From an uncultured Candidatus Saccharibacteria bacterium (lineage in GTDB: Bacteria; Patescibacteriota; Minisyncoccia; Phycocordibacterales; DATDWN01): 37,606 bases of DNA. The notes under the pieces are model-generated. The model made no database searches. It was not told where the DNA came from and was given only the letters and a program-made list of their open reading frames with translations. Positions 1 to 8,503 of this stretch are shown here, piece by piece. A program made the position numbers and the translations under genes. Where the stretch lies: assembly GCA_964469605.1 (NCBI GenBank), contig CAYXZA010000004.1, forward strand, positions 1 through 37,606. The letters are read 5' to 3'. Within the stretch, counting starts at the first letter, position 1. The number at the start of each line of letters is the position of its first letter.

Positions 1-99
1 ATAAATTTTTGCTAAAATTTTCCTCGTGCTCGTGCCAGTCGCACTCGCAAGTCTCTAAAATCATATTTTAGTTTTATGCACAATTAAAACTTAAAAATA

Positions 100-235
100 C
101 AAAAAACCACTGACTAAAAGCCAGGGTGGCAGGGGGGTGTTTTAGGCACCCCCCAAGGCGGAGATAGGGTTAAAAAATTTTTTCGAGTATATTGGACCCT
201 TACACCCCCGCCTATTGCCTTTGTAATATATCTTA
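100..235. other. GC-rich structured non-coding segment; nested inverted repeats ggggggtg/cacccccc and aggcgg/ccgcct
   Basis: Perfect 8-bp inverted repeat ggggggtgttttaggcacccccc (about 139-161) nested inside an aggcgg...ccgcct pairing. GC is far above the surrounding AT-rich DNA. No ORF longer than 61 aa, and the only ORF (142..327, - strand) lies inside the hairpins. Confidence 0.35.
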
Positions 236-354
236 TCATATATATAATTTTTTGTCAAATTATGTTTTTTTGACAAACTTCTTGATTTGTTTTTTAAAGT
301 GTTGTATGGATAAATTTTAGTTGACAAAAGTATGATGTTGGGTATTATTTAAAT

Positions 355-528
355 GTGACCATGACCATCGTTTGCACCTGACCGGTGGTAGCTTGAAGCT
401 ACCACCGGTCAAAAGAACCATTGCAGGGGTTGTCCTGCGAAAAAGTTTTTAACCAGCACTTAGGTGCTGGTTTCACCAGTTGGTGTTAGATAAGCCGGCA
501 TCCCACAAAGGAGCCGGCTTCATTTTTT
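355..528 (+). ncRNA. candidate small structured RNA of about 170 nt upstream of frr, with four hairpins and a terminal intrinsic terminator
   Basis: Upstream TTGACA (321-326) with a weak -10 about 17 nt later. Perfect 13-bp hairpin gaccggtggtagc/gctaccaccggtc (380-410). Hairpins gcagg..cctgc and accagcac..gtgctggt. Terminal hairpin aagccggc..gccggctt followed by TTTTTTT (about 492-528). No ORF. Confidence 0.4.
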
Positions 529-628
529 TATACAAAAAAAATGTTTTGTGTTAGAATCTATTTATAATTTTTTAAATTTTGAAAAAAGTTTGAAAAATTG
601 ATTTAAATAATATTAAAAACTAAAAAAT

Positions 629-1174
629 ATGGATCTAAACACTTTTAAACAAGACATTTCAAAAGCTTCTTTATGGCTTTCATCCGAACTTTCTTTAGTC
701 AGAACAGGCAGGGCATCTGTTTCTGTCCTAGACCTTGTAAAAATAGATGCTTATGGTTCACAAATGTCTATAAAAGAACTAGCTACTATTTCCATTGAAG
801 ATCCTAAAACTATCAGGATATCTCCGTTTGACCACTCTATAACAAAAGACATTGAAAAAGCTCTTATATCATCTAACCTCGGCCTTTCTGTAAATGTAGA
901 TGACAAGGGACTTAGACTCATTTTCCCAGAATTAACATCTGAAAGGAGAGCTGGTCTCTTAAAACTGGCTAAGCAAAAACTGGAAGATGCAAAAGCTTCT
1001 GTCAGAGTTGAAAGAGAAAAATTTATAAAAGATGTAGAAAAGAAACAAAAAGAGGGAACAATAAGTGAAGATCAAAAATTTAGATACAAAAATGATATTC
1101 AAAAACTTGTAGATGAATCGACAAAAATTTTAGATGATATTTTTACTAAAAAAGAAAAAGAAATAGAAAGCTAA
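629..1174 (+). CDS. frr: ribosome recycling factor
   Basis: 181 aa. Length and sequence typical of Frr (LSLVRTGRAS...ISPFD...LRLIFPELTSERR). Confidence 0.93.
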   Translation: MDLNTFKQDISKASLWLSSELSLVRTGRASVSVLDLVKIDAYGSQMSIKELATISIEDPKTIRISPFDHSITKDIEKALISSNLGLSVNVDDKGLRLIFPELTSERRAGLLKLAKQKLEDAKASVRVEREKFIKDVEKKQKEGTISEDQKFRYKNDIQKLVDESTKILDDIFTKKEKEIES

Positions 1175-1175
1175 A

Positions 1176-2273
1176 ATGTTTATACTTTTATTTATACTAA
1201 TACTTGCTGTTTTGGTTTTTGTTCACGAACTAGGGCATTTTTGGTCTGCAAAAAAATCTGGTATCAAAGTTGAAGAGTTTGCTATTGGTTTTCCACCAAC
1301 CATTTTTGCAAAGAAGATAAGGGACACTGTTTATAAACTAAATATCATACCTTTTGGTGGTTATGTAAAGATCTTTGGAGAAGATCCAAGTGTAAACTTT
1401 GAAAACCTACCAGAGTCTGAAAAGTCTGAAAACTTTCAATATAAGTCAAAAATGACCCAAATTTTCGTTCTTGTAAGTGGTGTCCTGATGAATATTTTAT
1501 TTGCTTTTTTACTGATTTGGATTTCTTTTGTTATTGGAACTTCAACGCCTGTAAAATACAGTAGATTTTCTGAAGTTTCTAACCCAGCACTAACCATAAC
1601 CTCTGTTATGTCAGATTCACCGGCGGAAAAGTCAGGACTGAAACCACTAGACAAAGTTGTATTTGCTGAAAATAGCTCAAAGTCTTTACAAGAACCAATA
1701 GATCCTCAAAAACTAACAGAACTTATCCAAAAATCAGAAAAAATAACTTTACTTGTCAAAAGAGAGAAAACATCTGAACCTATAAAAATTGAAATAAAAA
1801 CTTCTGGAGATATTGTTTCCAATAAAAAAGCAATCGGAGTTTCTCTTGATAATATAGGTATCTTAAAATTACCTATACACAAGGCATTTGTTGAAGCTAT
1901 ATTTACAACAAAAGATATATTGGTATCTATAACTGTCGGAATATTTAAATTTCTATCTGGTGCTTTTTCTTCTTCTAGTATAAAAGATGTCTCTGGTCCT
2001 GTTGGTATAGCAAAAGTTGTTAGAGAAGCATCGGATTTAGGGATAATATATATAGTCAATCTAACGGCACTTATTTCTCTAAATTTAGCTGTTTTAAATT
2101 TATTACCATTTCCTGCACTAGATGGTGGTAGAATATTCTTTATTTTTTTAGAGGCTATAACTAGAAAAAAGATAAAGCCAAGTGTTTTGAATCTTGCAAA
2201 CGGTATTGGTTTTATAATACTAATCTCTCTTATGGTACTTGTAACTTTAAAAGACTTGAAAATATTGTTTTAG
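1176..2273 (+). CDS. rseP: site-2 protease, RseP-type M50 zinc metalloprotease
   Basis: N-terminal TM helix with HELGH motif (VFVHELGHFWSAK). Central PDZ-like region. C-terminal LDGG motif (LPFPALDGGRIFF). 2-nt gap after frr. Confidence 0.88.
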   Translation: MFILLFILILAVLVFVHELGHFWSAKKSGIKVEEFAIGFPPTIFAKKIRDTVYKLNIIPFGGYVKIFGEDPSVNFENLPESEKSENFQYKSKMTQIFVLVSGVLMNILFAFLLIWISFVIGTSTPVKYSRFSEVSNPALTITSVMSDSPAEKSGLKPLDKVVFAENSSKSLQEPIDPQKLTELIQKSEKITLLVKREKTSEPIKIEIKTSGDIVSNKKAIGVSLDNIGILKLPIHKAFVEAIFTTKDILVSITVGIFKFLSGAFSSSSIKDVSGPVGIAKVVREASDLGIIYIVNLTALISLNLAVLNLLPFPALDGGRIFFIFLEAITRKKIKPSVLNLANGIGFIILISLMVLVTLKDLKILF

Positions 2274-2311
2274 TTTAATATAATTAAAAAGAACGAGGAC
2301 ACAAACTACTT

Positions 2312-2355
2312 CTCGGGAGGACCAAGGGCACTAGACCCCCTCCCGAGCTTTTTTT
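2312..2355 (+). terminator. intrinsic terminator after rseP
   Basis: 9-bp GC stem ctcgggagg/cctcccgag followed by a run of 7 T. Confidence 0.7.
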
Positions 2356-2382
2356 GACAAAAATTTTTTTATATTATATACT

Positions 2383-2487
2383 TCAATTAACTAAGGTTGG
2401 AGGCTCACCCCCGAGCTCTCCAACCTTAAGTCCCAATCAGAGGGTGGTGTTTCTCCTCCGGATCCGTCCACCCTCGGGACTTTTTTG
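2383..2487 (+). ncRNA. candidate small RNA module S1: two GC-rich hairpins and a T-run
   Basis: TTGACA at 2354-2359 with an AT-rich -10-like tattat/tatata. Hairpin ggttggag/ctccaacc (2396-2425). Hairpin gagggtgg/ccaccctc (2440-2476), then gggacTTTTTT. No start codon in the segment. Confidence 0.4.
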
Positions 2488-2559
2488 TTTATAACAATTT
2501 TTACGGTATTGTAGACTTTTAAAATTTGACAAAAAAACTATTTGGTGATAGTGTTTATA

Positions 2560-2658
2560 TAAACAAGGAGCTGAATTGCCCCAGCTCCTCGGCGAAAAAT
2601 GTGGTGGGCCATCTCTCAAAAATCTTCTCTCGGCCCACCACATTTTAGCTGTTTTTTT
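2560..2658 (+). ncRNA. candidate small RNA module S2: two GC-rich hairpins and a T-run
   Basis: TTGACA at 2526-2531. Hairpin ggagctg/cagctcc (2567-2588). 13-bp hairpin aatgtggtgggcc/ggcccaccacatt (2598-2644), then a T-run (2651-2657). The overlapping - strand ORF 2437..2643 is probably an artefact of the GC-rich hairpins. Confidence 0.4.
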
Positions 2659-2769
2659 GTATAAATTTTTTAATTTCTAAACTAAATTATAGCTTTGACT
2701 GGCTGTTTTTTTTGTTATAAAAATTATCAGTATGTTTTCAGTATATATAGAAAAAAGTGGTATAAACAC

Positions 2770-2797
2770 TTGACATTTTTTTTAAATCATTTATAAT
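2770..2797 (+). promoter_or_regulatory. sigma70-like promoter TTGACA-16-TATAAT driving module S3
   Basis: Exact TTGACA (2770-2775), 16-nt spacer, exact TATAAT (2792-2797). Confidence 0.6.
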
Positions 2798-2804
2798 ATA
2801 CTTA

Positions 2805-2913
2805 TCTATCGATCGGCTCTTGGTTTAAACCCTCTTTGCCGGTCGTCAGGGCGAGATGTGTCCCTCCTTGAAGAAGAGTTCGCTCTTACTTCGGACCTCT
2901 TGCCCTGTTTTTT
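2805..2913 (+). ncRNA. candidate small RNA S3 (about 108 nt), or a structured leader upstream of proS
   Basis: Begins about 8 nt after the TATAAT box. Stem cgatcgg/ccggtcg. Inner hairpin agag-ttcg-ctct. Closing 10-bp stem cagggcgaga/tcttgccctg with one G-U pair, then TTTTTT (2908-2913). No ORF. About 95 bp upstream of proS. Confidence 0.45.
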
Positions 2914-3008
2914 ATTCTAGAAATATCCTATTTACTTATAAGTAGCCTAAGATTTTTACTTTTATCCAAAAATTGCTTTTAAGGTTTTTTTAATATAAGA
3001 TTATTTCT

Positions 3009-4250
3009 ATGAGACAAAGCAAACTTTTTACTAAAACAAGAAAAGAGGCACCAAAAGACGAGGTGTCAAAAAATGCAGAACTTCTTATTCGTGCAGGATT
3101 TGTTTACAAAGTAATGGCTGGTGTATATGCCTATACACCACTTGGATTTCGTGTTATTGAAAAAATAAAACATATAGTGCGTAAAGAGATGGATGCGGTT
3201 GGAGGGCAAGAACTTATTATGACAAATCTTCAAAGAAAGGATACATGGGAAAGTACTAATCGTTGGAGTGACTCTTCTGTTGATGTGTGGTTTAAGACAT
3301 CATTACAAGATGGAACCCCTATTGGACTTGCATGGAGTCACGAAGAAGCAATTATGGAAATGATGCAGCATTTTATAAGTAGCTATAAAGATTTGCCTAT
3401 AAGTGTTTATCAATTTCAAATTAAACTTCGTAATGAATTACGTACAAAAAGCGGTATTATGCGAGGAAGAGAGTTTTTAATGAAAGATATGTATTCACTT
3501 CATGCTACAAAAGAAGATATGGATCAATTTTATGATAAAGTAATTGAGGCATATAAAAAGATATATAACCAACTTGGTATAGGAGAAGATACATTTGTTA
3601 CATTTGCAAGTGGAGGTGCATTTACAAAATTTAGTCACGAATTTCAAACAATTTGTCCTGCAGGTGAAGATAAATTATATATAAATCAAAACAAGACAAT
3701 TGCTGTTAATGAAGAGGTTTTAGATGATGCAAGCAGAGAAATAGGCGTGGATAAAGAATCACTCACACCTGTTGTAAGTGCTGAAACTGGAAATATTTTT
3801 AAATTTGGTACTGATAAAAGTGAGAAGATGAAAATTTTTTATAAAGATATTGACGGCAATAATCAACCAGTATATTTGGCATCATATGGTATTGGTATTA
3901 CAAGAGTAATGGGTGTTATTGTGGAAAAGTATAGTGATGAAAAAGGTATCATTTGGCCAGAATCTGTTGCTCCGTTTAAAGTTCACCTGCTTTCTTTGGG
4001 AAATGATCCAAAAGTTTCTTTTGCCTGTGATGTTTTGTATGAAAAATTAAATAATCTGGGTATAGAAACTTTATACGATGACAGGGAAGTTAGAGCAGGA
4101 GAAAAATTTGCAGATAGTGACCTTTTAGGTATTCCTTGGAGGGTTATTGTCTCTGAAAAAAATCTTTCATCTGGCAAAATAGAAGTTAAAAAAAGAAACG
4201 AAGAAAATTCTACTATTATGGATGAGAGTGATTTTTTGAAGATTTTTTAA
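3009..4250 (+). CDS. proS: prolyl-tRNA synthetase, short form without the bacterial insertion/editing domain
   Basis: 413 aa. N-terminus KLFTKTRKE..ELLIRAGFV..GVYAYTPLGFRV is characteristic of ProRS. Class II core motifs present, and a C-terminal anticodon-binding-like domain. Confidence 0.85.
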   Translation: MRQSKLFTKTRKEAPKDEVSKNAELLIRAGFVYKVMAGVYAYTPLGFRVIEKIKHIVRKEMDAVGGQELIMTNLQRKDTWESTNRWSDSSVDVWFKTSLQDGTPIGLAWSHEEAIMEMMQHFISSYKDLPISVYQFQIKLRNELRTKSGIMRGREFLMKDMYSLHATKEDMDQFYDKVIEAYKKIYNQLGIGEDTFVTFASGGAFTKFSHEFQTICPAGEDKLYINQNKTIAVNEEVLDDASREIGVDKESLTPVVSAETGNIFKFGTDKSEKMKIFYKDIDGNNQPVYLASYGIGITRVMGVIVEKYSDEKGIIWPESVAPFKVHLLSLGNDPKVSFACDVLYEKLNNLGIETLYDDREVRAGEKFADSDLLGIPWRVIVSEKNLSSGKIEVKKRNEENSTIMDESDFLKIF

Positions 4251-4263
4251 TAAATAAATTTAT

Positions 4264-5325
4264 ATGTTGAAAATTTTAGAAAGATGGAGACATCTTATTT
4301 CAAATGATATTGGTATAGATTTAGGAACAGCCAATACACTTGTTTATATATCTGGCAAAGGTATTGTTATAAATGAGCCATCTGTTGTTGCCATAAATCA
4401 AAAGACAGGCCGAGTTGTTGCTGTTGGAGTTGAGGCTAAAAATATGTTAGGTAGAACTCCTCAACACATAGTAGCTGTTAGGCCTCTTGTTGATGGAGTT
4501 ATCTCGGATTTTGAAGTTACAGAAGAAATGATTTCCTATTTTCTTAAAAAAGCTCAAAAAAATAATAAAAAAATATTTAATCCGAGGGTTGTTATAGGTG
4601 TTCCTTGTAGTATTACAAATGTTGAGATAAGGGCTGTTAGAGATGCTACTTTAAATGCTGGTGCTGATGAGGTCTATATAGTAGAAGAGCCTATGGCGGC
4701 TGCCATAGGGGTTAGAATGCCTGTTTTAGAGCCAGTTGGAAATATGATAGTTGATATAGGTGGTGGAACAACTGATATAGCAGTCATATCGCTTGGTGGC
4801 ATAGTTAGGTCAAAAAGTTTAAAAATAGCCGGAGATAAATTTAATCAGAGTATTATTTCTTATATAAGGAGCGAGTTTAAAATACTGATTGGTGAAAAAA
4901 CAGCAGAAGAAATAAAAATAAAAATTGGAACTATACTTCCAGAAAGTCAAAGTTACGAATCTTCTATAAAAGGAAGGGATCTTATAACTGGTCTTCCAAA
5001 AGAGGTTATAATAACAGATTCAGACATAAGAGATGCTATATCAAATCAAATAGACACTTTACTTGAATCTATAAAAGAGATACTGGAAACAACACCACCA
5101 GAAATCCTATCAGATGTTATGCATAGGGGAATTTACCTTGCAGGAGGTGGTGCTTTGATAAAAAATCTATCAGCGGTTATAGAAGAATATACAAAGATAA
5201 AAGTCCATATAGTTTCAGACCCTTTGACTGCTGTGTGTAGAGGAACAGGTGTAATATTGGAAAATCTAGAAAATTATAAAGATGTTTTAATAGAAAATGA
5301 AGATGAACTACCTCCAAAGAAATAA
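4264..5325 (+). CDS. mreB: rod shape-determining actin homologue MreB
   Basis: DIGIDLGTANTLVY phosphate-1 motif and DIGGGTTD phosphate-2 motif. About 350 aa. Confidence 0.93.
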   Translation: MLKILERWRHLISNDIGIDLGTANTLVYISGKGIVINEPSVVAINQKTGRVVAVGVEAKNMLGRTPQHIVAVRPLVDGVISDFEVTEEMISYFLKKAQKNNKKIFNPRVVIGVPCSITNVEIRAVRDATLNAGADEVYIVEEPMAAAIGVRMPVLEPVGNMIVDIGGGTTDIAVISLGGIVRSKSLKIAGDKFNQSIISYIRSEFKILIGEKTAEEIKIKIGTILPESQSYESSIKGRDLITGLPKEVIITDSDIRDAISNQIDTLLESIKEILETTPPEILSDVMHRGIYLAGGGALIKNLSAVIEEYTKIKVHIVSDPLTAVCRGTGVILENLENYKDVLIENEDELPPKK

Positions 5326-6076
5326 CGACAAAAGGTTTACTAAAAAAAATATCAAAAAAATTTTGATTTTGACTTTTGTTTTAATTTTTTTCAACTATTT
5401 GCTAGGTTCAAATTTTAAAAATTTATTATATAGTTTTAAAAATCCCCAGACAGATATATATCAGAAAATTGATGGTGTATATAAAAACATTTCAAATATT
5501 TTTACAAATAAAAATTATTTGATTTCAGAAAATGAAAATCTGAGAATGCAGATAGAAGAGCTTGAAGATAATATAAAAAGTTTAAAAGAAACAGAATACA
5601 GATACAAAGAAATAATGGATATCTCATCTAGTTCAGATAAGTATATATATAAAGAGATTGTTACAAAACCGCCATTTTCTCCTTTTGATATTCTGATCAT
5701 TAAAACAGCAGATCAGATCCATTTAAAAAGTTTAGTTTTTTATAAGGATACTTTGATTGGTCAAGTCTCAAAGATGGATTCTGGTTTGGCTCAAATAGAT
5801 ATGTTTTCTTCATCTAAAACAGAGCATAATTTTTATATAGAGAGAACTTCAAATCCAGTGTCTGTTTTTGGGATGGGTGCTGGAAATTTTTATGCAAAAG
5901 TTCCAAAGGATTTTGATATAAAAAATGGTGATATTTTAGTAAATGATCTGAGTTTAAGGTATAAGATAGCAAAGGTTTTAAATGTTGATTCTGATCCAAA
6001 TATGTCTTTTAAAGATGTCTATTTTAAAATACCTGTTTCGCTTTATAGTATTTCTTTTGTTAATATACTTAAATGA
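5297..6076 (+). CDS. mreC: rod shape-determining protein MreC
   Basis: N-terminal TM helix, coiled coil (ENENLRMQIEELEDNIKSLKE), beta-rich C-terminus. Sits immediately after mreB with a 29-nt overlap; the true start may be internal. Confidence 0.72.
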   Translation: MKMNYLQRNNDKRFTKKNIKKILILTFVLIFFNYLLGSNFKNLLYSFKNPQTDIYQKIDGVYKNISNIFTNKNYLISENENLRMQIEELEDNIKSLKETEYRYKEIMDISSSSDKYIYKEIVTKPPFSPFDILIIKTADQIHLKSLVFYKDTLIGQVSKMDSGLAQIDMFSSSKTEHNFYIERTSNPVSVFGMGAGNFYAKVPKDFDIKNGDILVNDLSLRYKIAKVLNVDSDPNMSFKDVYFKIPVSLYSISFVNILK

Positions 6077-6330
6077 AAAAAATAATTTATCTTATTTTAA
6101 ATATAGTCTCAATCTTTATCTTGCCTTGGTATATACCTGTCATCTTGTCTATTTTCGGTATTTTTATTTTTGAAAATTTTTACCACATCTTATTTATTGG
6201 TTTTTTGTTAGATGTTTTTTATGGTGGTTTGGGTAAATTAAATATTTTTTTCACACTAATATTTTCAATATTATACATATCATCACTTTTTATAAAAGAT
6301 TATATAAGGATAAGTTTTTATGCTAAATAA
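6073..6330 (+). CDS. small polytopic membrane protein in the mreD position (MreD-like)
   Basis: 85 aa, 2-3 hydrophobic helices. Overlaps the mreC stop and the PBP2 start, so the call rests on position in the mreBCD-mrdA arrangement. Shorter than a canonical MreD. Confidence 0.4.
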   Translation: MKKIIYLILNIVSIFILPWYIPVILSIFGIFIFENFYHILFIGFLLDVFYGGLGKLNIFFTLIFSILYISSLFIKDYIRISFYAK

Positions 6331-8002
6331 TTTTTTTCAAAAAAGAAATTATAAAGATATTGATCCTGATGAGATTTTTTTGGATTCAAAAAACTTGCCA
6401 AAATTTGATAGAAATCAGTTTGAAGGTGTTATAGAAAAACCAATAAAGAGGTCTCAGATAATATTTTTTTCTAGTTTGTTTATAGTTGTCTTGCTCTTGT
6501 TTGTATTTCAAGTTTTCAAGATGCAAGTACTAGAAGGTGATGTTTATAAAAAGAAAAGTGACAACAATAAACTAGACTCTATTATAATATTTGCAAACAG
6601 AGGTCTTATATCTGATAGAAATGATAAACTCTTGGTTTGGAATGATAACAATGATGGTTTTAATTTTTCAAAAAGAATATATGCAACATCGACTGGTTTA
6701 GCTTCTACACTAGGTTATGTAAAATACCCGGCAAAAGACAGTAAGGGTTTTTATTATGAGAAAGATTATATACCAGTCTCTGGAATAGAAAAAAAATATC
6801 AAAATATTTTAGGTGGACAAAACGGTATGGCCATACTAGAAACAGATGCTTTTTCAAAGATTTTATCTTCAAATACACTTGAAAAACCAAAAGATGGAAA
6901 GACACTAAAACTTTCTGTTGATAAAGATCTACAAGAGTTTTGGTATAAAACTATGTCTAATTTTTCAAGTAAGGCTGGTTACAGGGGTGGTGCTGGTGGA
7001 ATGATGGATATAAAGACAGGAGAAATATTGGTGATGGTTAATTTTCCAGAATTTGATGCAAACGAAATGGTTTCCGGAGAAAACAAGGAGCTAATTGGGG
7101 ATTATTTTAAAGACAGTAGAAATCTGTTTTTAAACAAATTTACAAATGGACTTTATACACCAGGATCTATTATAAAACCTTTTGTAGCAATAGGTGCTTT
7201 GGAAAAAAATATTATAGATCCAAATAAACACATATATTCATCTGGTGAACTTATTGTTCCAAATCCTTATGACAAGAATAAACCTTCTGTATTTAAGGAT
7301 TGGAAAGCACACGGATATGTAGACCTTAGGAGGGCAATAGCTGTGTCTTCAAATGTTTATTTTTATCAGATAGGTGGTGGTTTTGAAAACCAACCCGGTT
7401 TAGGTATATCAAATATAGAAAAATATTTAAAATTATTTGGTTTTGGAAAAAAGACAGGGATAGATTTTTCACAAGAACAAGATGGTGTTATACCAAACCC
7501 AGATTGGAAAAAAATTGTTTTTGATGGTGAAGATTGGAGGGTTGGTGATACTTATAACACCGCAATAGGACAATACGGTGTTCAAATAACACCAATTCAA
7601 GCACTTAAAGCTGTCGGAGCTTTGGCGAACGACGGAATATCTACTATCCCAACTATTGTATTGAATAATCAAAATATGGCAAAAGAAAAAATAGATGTAA
7701 AAGCAGAAAACATAAAAATAGTTAAAGAAGGAATGAGAAAGACTGTAACAGAAGGGACAGCAAGAGCACTTTATGTTTCTTATGTTGATATATCTGCCAA
7801 AACAGGAACTGCTGAGCTAGGGGTTTCAAAATCATCAGTTAACTCTTGGATTATTGGTTTTTTCCCATCAAAAGAACCTAAATATGCTTTTGTTTTGGTT
7901 ATGGAAAAAGGTAAAGCAAATAACCAGATAGGTGCAGCACTTGTAATGAAAGATATTTTTGATTATATAAGCACAAATAAACCAGAATATTTAAAATATT
8001 AA
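6320..8002 (+). CDS. mrdA: penicillin-binding protein 2 (class B transpeptidase)
   Basis: N-terminal TM helix. SxxK motif (GSIIKP), SxN motif (VSSNVYFYQ), KTG motif (AKTGTAE). Downstream of mreBCD. Confidence 0.87.
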   Translation: MLNNFFQKRNYKDIDPDEIFLDSKNLPKFDRNQFEGVIEKPIKRSQIIFFSSLFIVVLLLFVFQVFKMQVLEGDVYKKKSDNNKLDSIIIFANRGLISDRNDKLLVWNDNNDGFNFSKRIYATSTGLASTLGYVKYPAKDSKGFYYEKDYIPVSGIEKKYQNILGGQNGMAILETDAFSKILSSNTLEKPKDGKTLKLSVDKDLQEFWYKTMSNFSSKAGYRGGAGGMMDIKTGEILVMVNFPEFDANEMVSGENKELIGDYFKDSRNLFLNKFTNGLYTPGSIIKPFVAIGALEKNIIDPNKHIYSSGELIVPNPYDKNKPSVFKDWKAHGYVDLRRAIAVSSNVYFYQIGGGFENQPGLGISNIEKYLKLFGFGKKTGIDFSQEQDGVIPNPDWKKIVFDGEDWRVGDTYNTAIGQYGVQITPIQALKAVGALANDGISTIPTIVLNNQNMAKEKIDVKAENIKIVKEGMRKTVTEGTARALYVSYVDISAKTGTAELGVSKSSVNSWIIGFFPSKEPKYAFVLVMEKGKANNQIGAALVMKDIFDYISTNKPEYLKY

Positions 8003-8032
8003 AAATTTCTTCTATAAAAAATAACCCTTTAT

Positions 8033-8047
8033 TGGGTCACTTGGCTT
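8033..8047. repeat. short repeated motif ggtcacttggctt, copy 1
   Basis: 13-mer identical to 33594-33606. Both copies lie in intergenic DNA about 10-15 nt downstream of a tataaaa-type box. Confidence 0.5.
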
Positions 8048-8456
8048 ATTTTTTAATTAATCCTAATTTATTATAATAGTTTCTTTTTTTGTATAAAAAA
8101 ACTAAAATATCTAAAAATGTGAACCAAAACCCTTTTATTTTTTTATTTTTATTTTTACAAACTGTAATAATTTTCATAATAGCTCTTACATCTCCTTGAC
8201 TTATAACAAATATTAGATCTCTTTTTAATCTTCTTATTATATATTTACTGCAAAATATAGCATTTTCTTCTCTAGCCATTATAGATGATTCTTTAATATA
8301 TTCAGCTAATTTTTTATCTGACCAAAAAAATATAAAATTCCTATAAAGAATAATTAGTAGGTATAATGGGGAAAAAAATACCTTAAGAGTGGTTGAAACT
8401 ATATTAGTTAAATATTTATCACGGTGTTTTAGTTTACTCATCTCAATTCCTTCCAA
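8046..8456 (-). CDS. hypothetical protein
   Basis: 136-aa ORF, AT-rich, hydrophobic segment. No recognisable motif. Confidence 0.3.
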   Translation of the reverse strand: MEGIEMSKLKHRDKYLTNIVSTTLKVFFSPLYLLIILYRNFIFFWSDKKLAEYIKESSIMAREENAIFCSKYIIRRLKRDLIFVISQGDVRAIMKIITVCKNKNKKIKGFWFTFLDILVFLYKKRNYYNKLGLIKK

Positions 8457-8503
8457 ACAATAACATAAATATTTTATATAGACAAGTGTTATATAAGTAG
8501 TTG

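Noticed and set aside
142-327. 61-aa ORF on the - strand near the window start.
   Set aside because: It overlaps the GC-rich inverted repeats and AT-rich promoter-like sequence. Most likely non-coding.
100-530. Possible RNase P RNA or tmRNA on either strand. The trigger was a CCGGCTTATC-like string on the minus strand at about 488-500, reminiscent of the RNase P 3' P4 region.
   Set aside because: No GGAAAGTCCGG-type P4 5' strand and no other universally conserved RNase P block. No tRNA-like 3' end or resume-codon region expected of tmRNA. A single 10-mer match is insufficient.
1436-2059. Antisense ORFs inside rseP (1436..1654 and 1706..2059, - strand).
   Set aside because: They are fully embedded in a well-supported gene on the opposite strand, with no conserved motifs.
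2437-2643. 68-aa ORF on the - strand (MWWAERRFLRDGPPH...).
   Set aside because: It lies entirely within GC-rich hairpin and terminator sequence. Arg/Pro/Trp-rich composition is typical of reading GC-rich structure in the wrong context. No start-site signals.
2805-2913. T-box riboswitch leader for proS.
   Set aside because: The element is only about 108 nt. It has no T-box consensus (AANNNGGGTGGNACCGCG-like) and no specifier-loop architecture. It terminates about 95 bp before the proS start with no visible antiterminator alternative.
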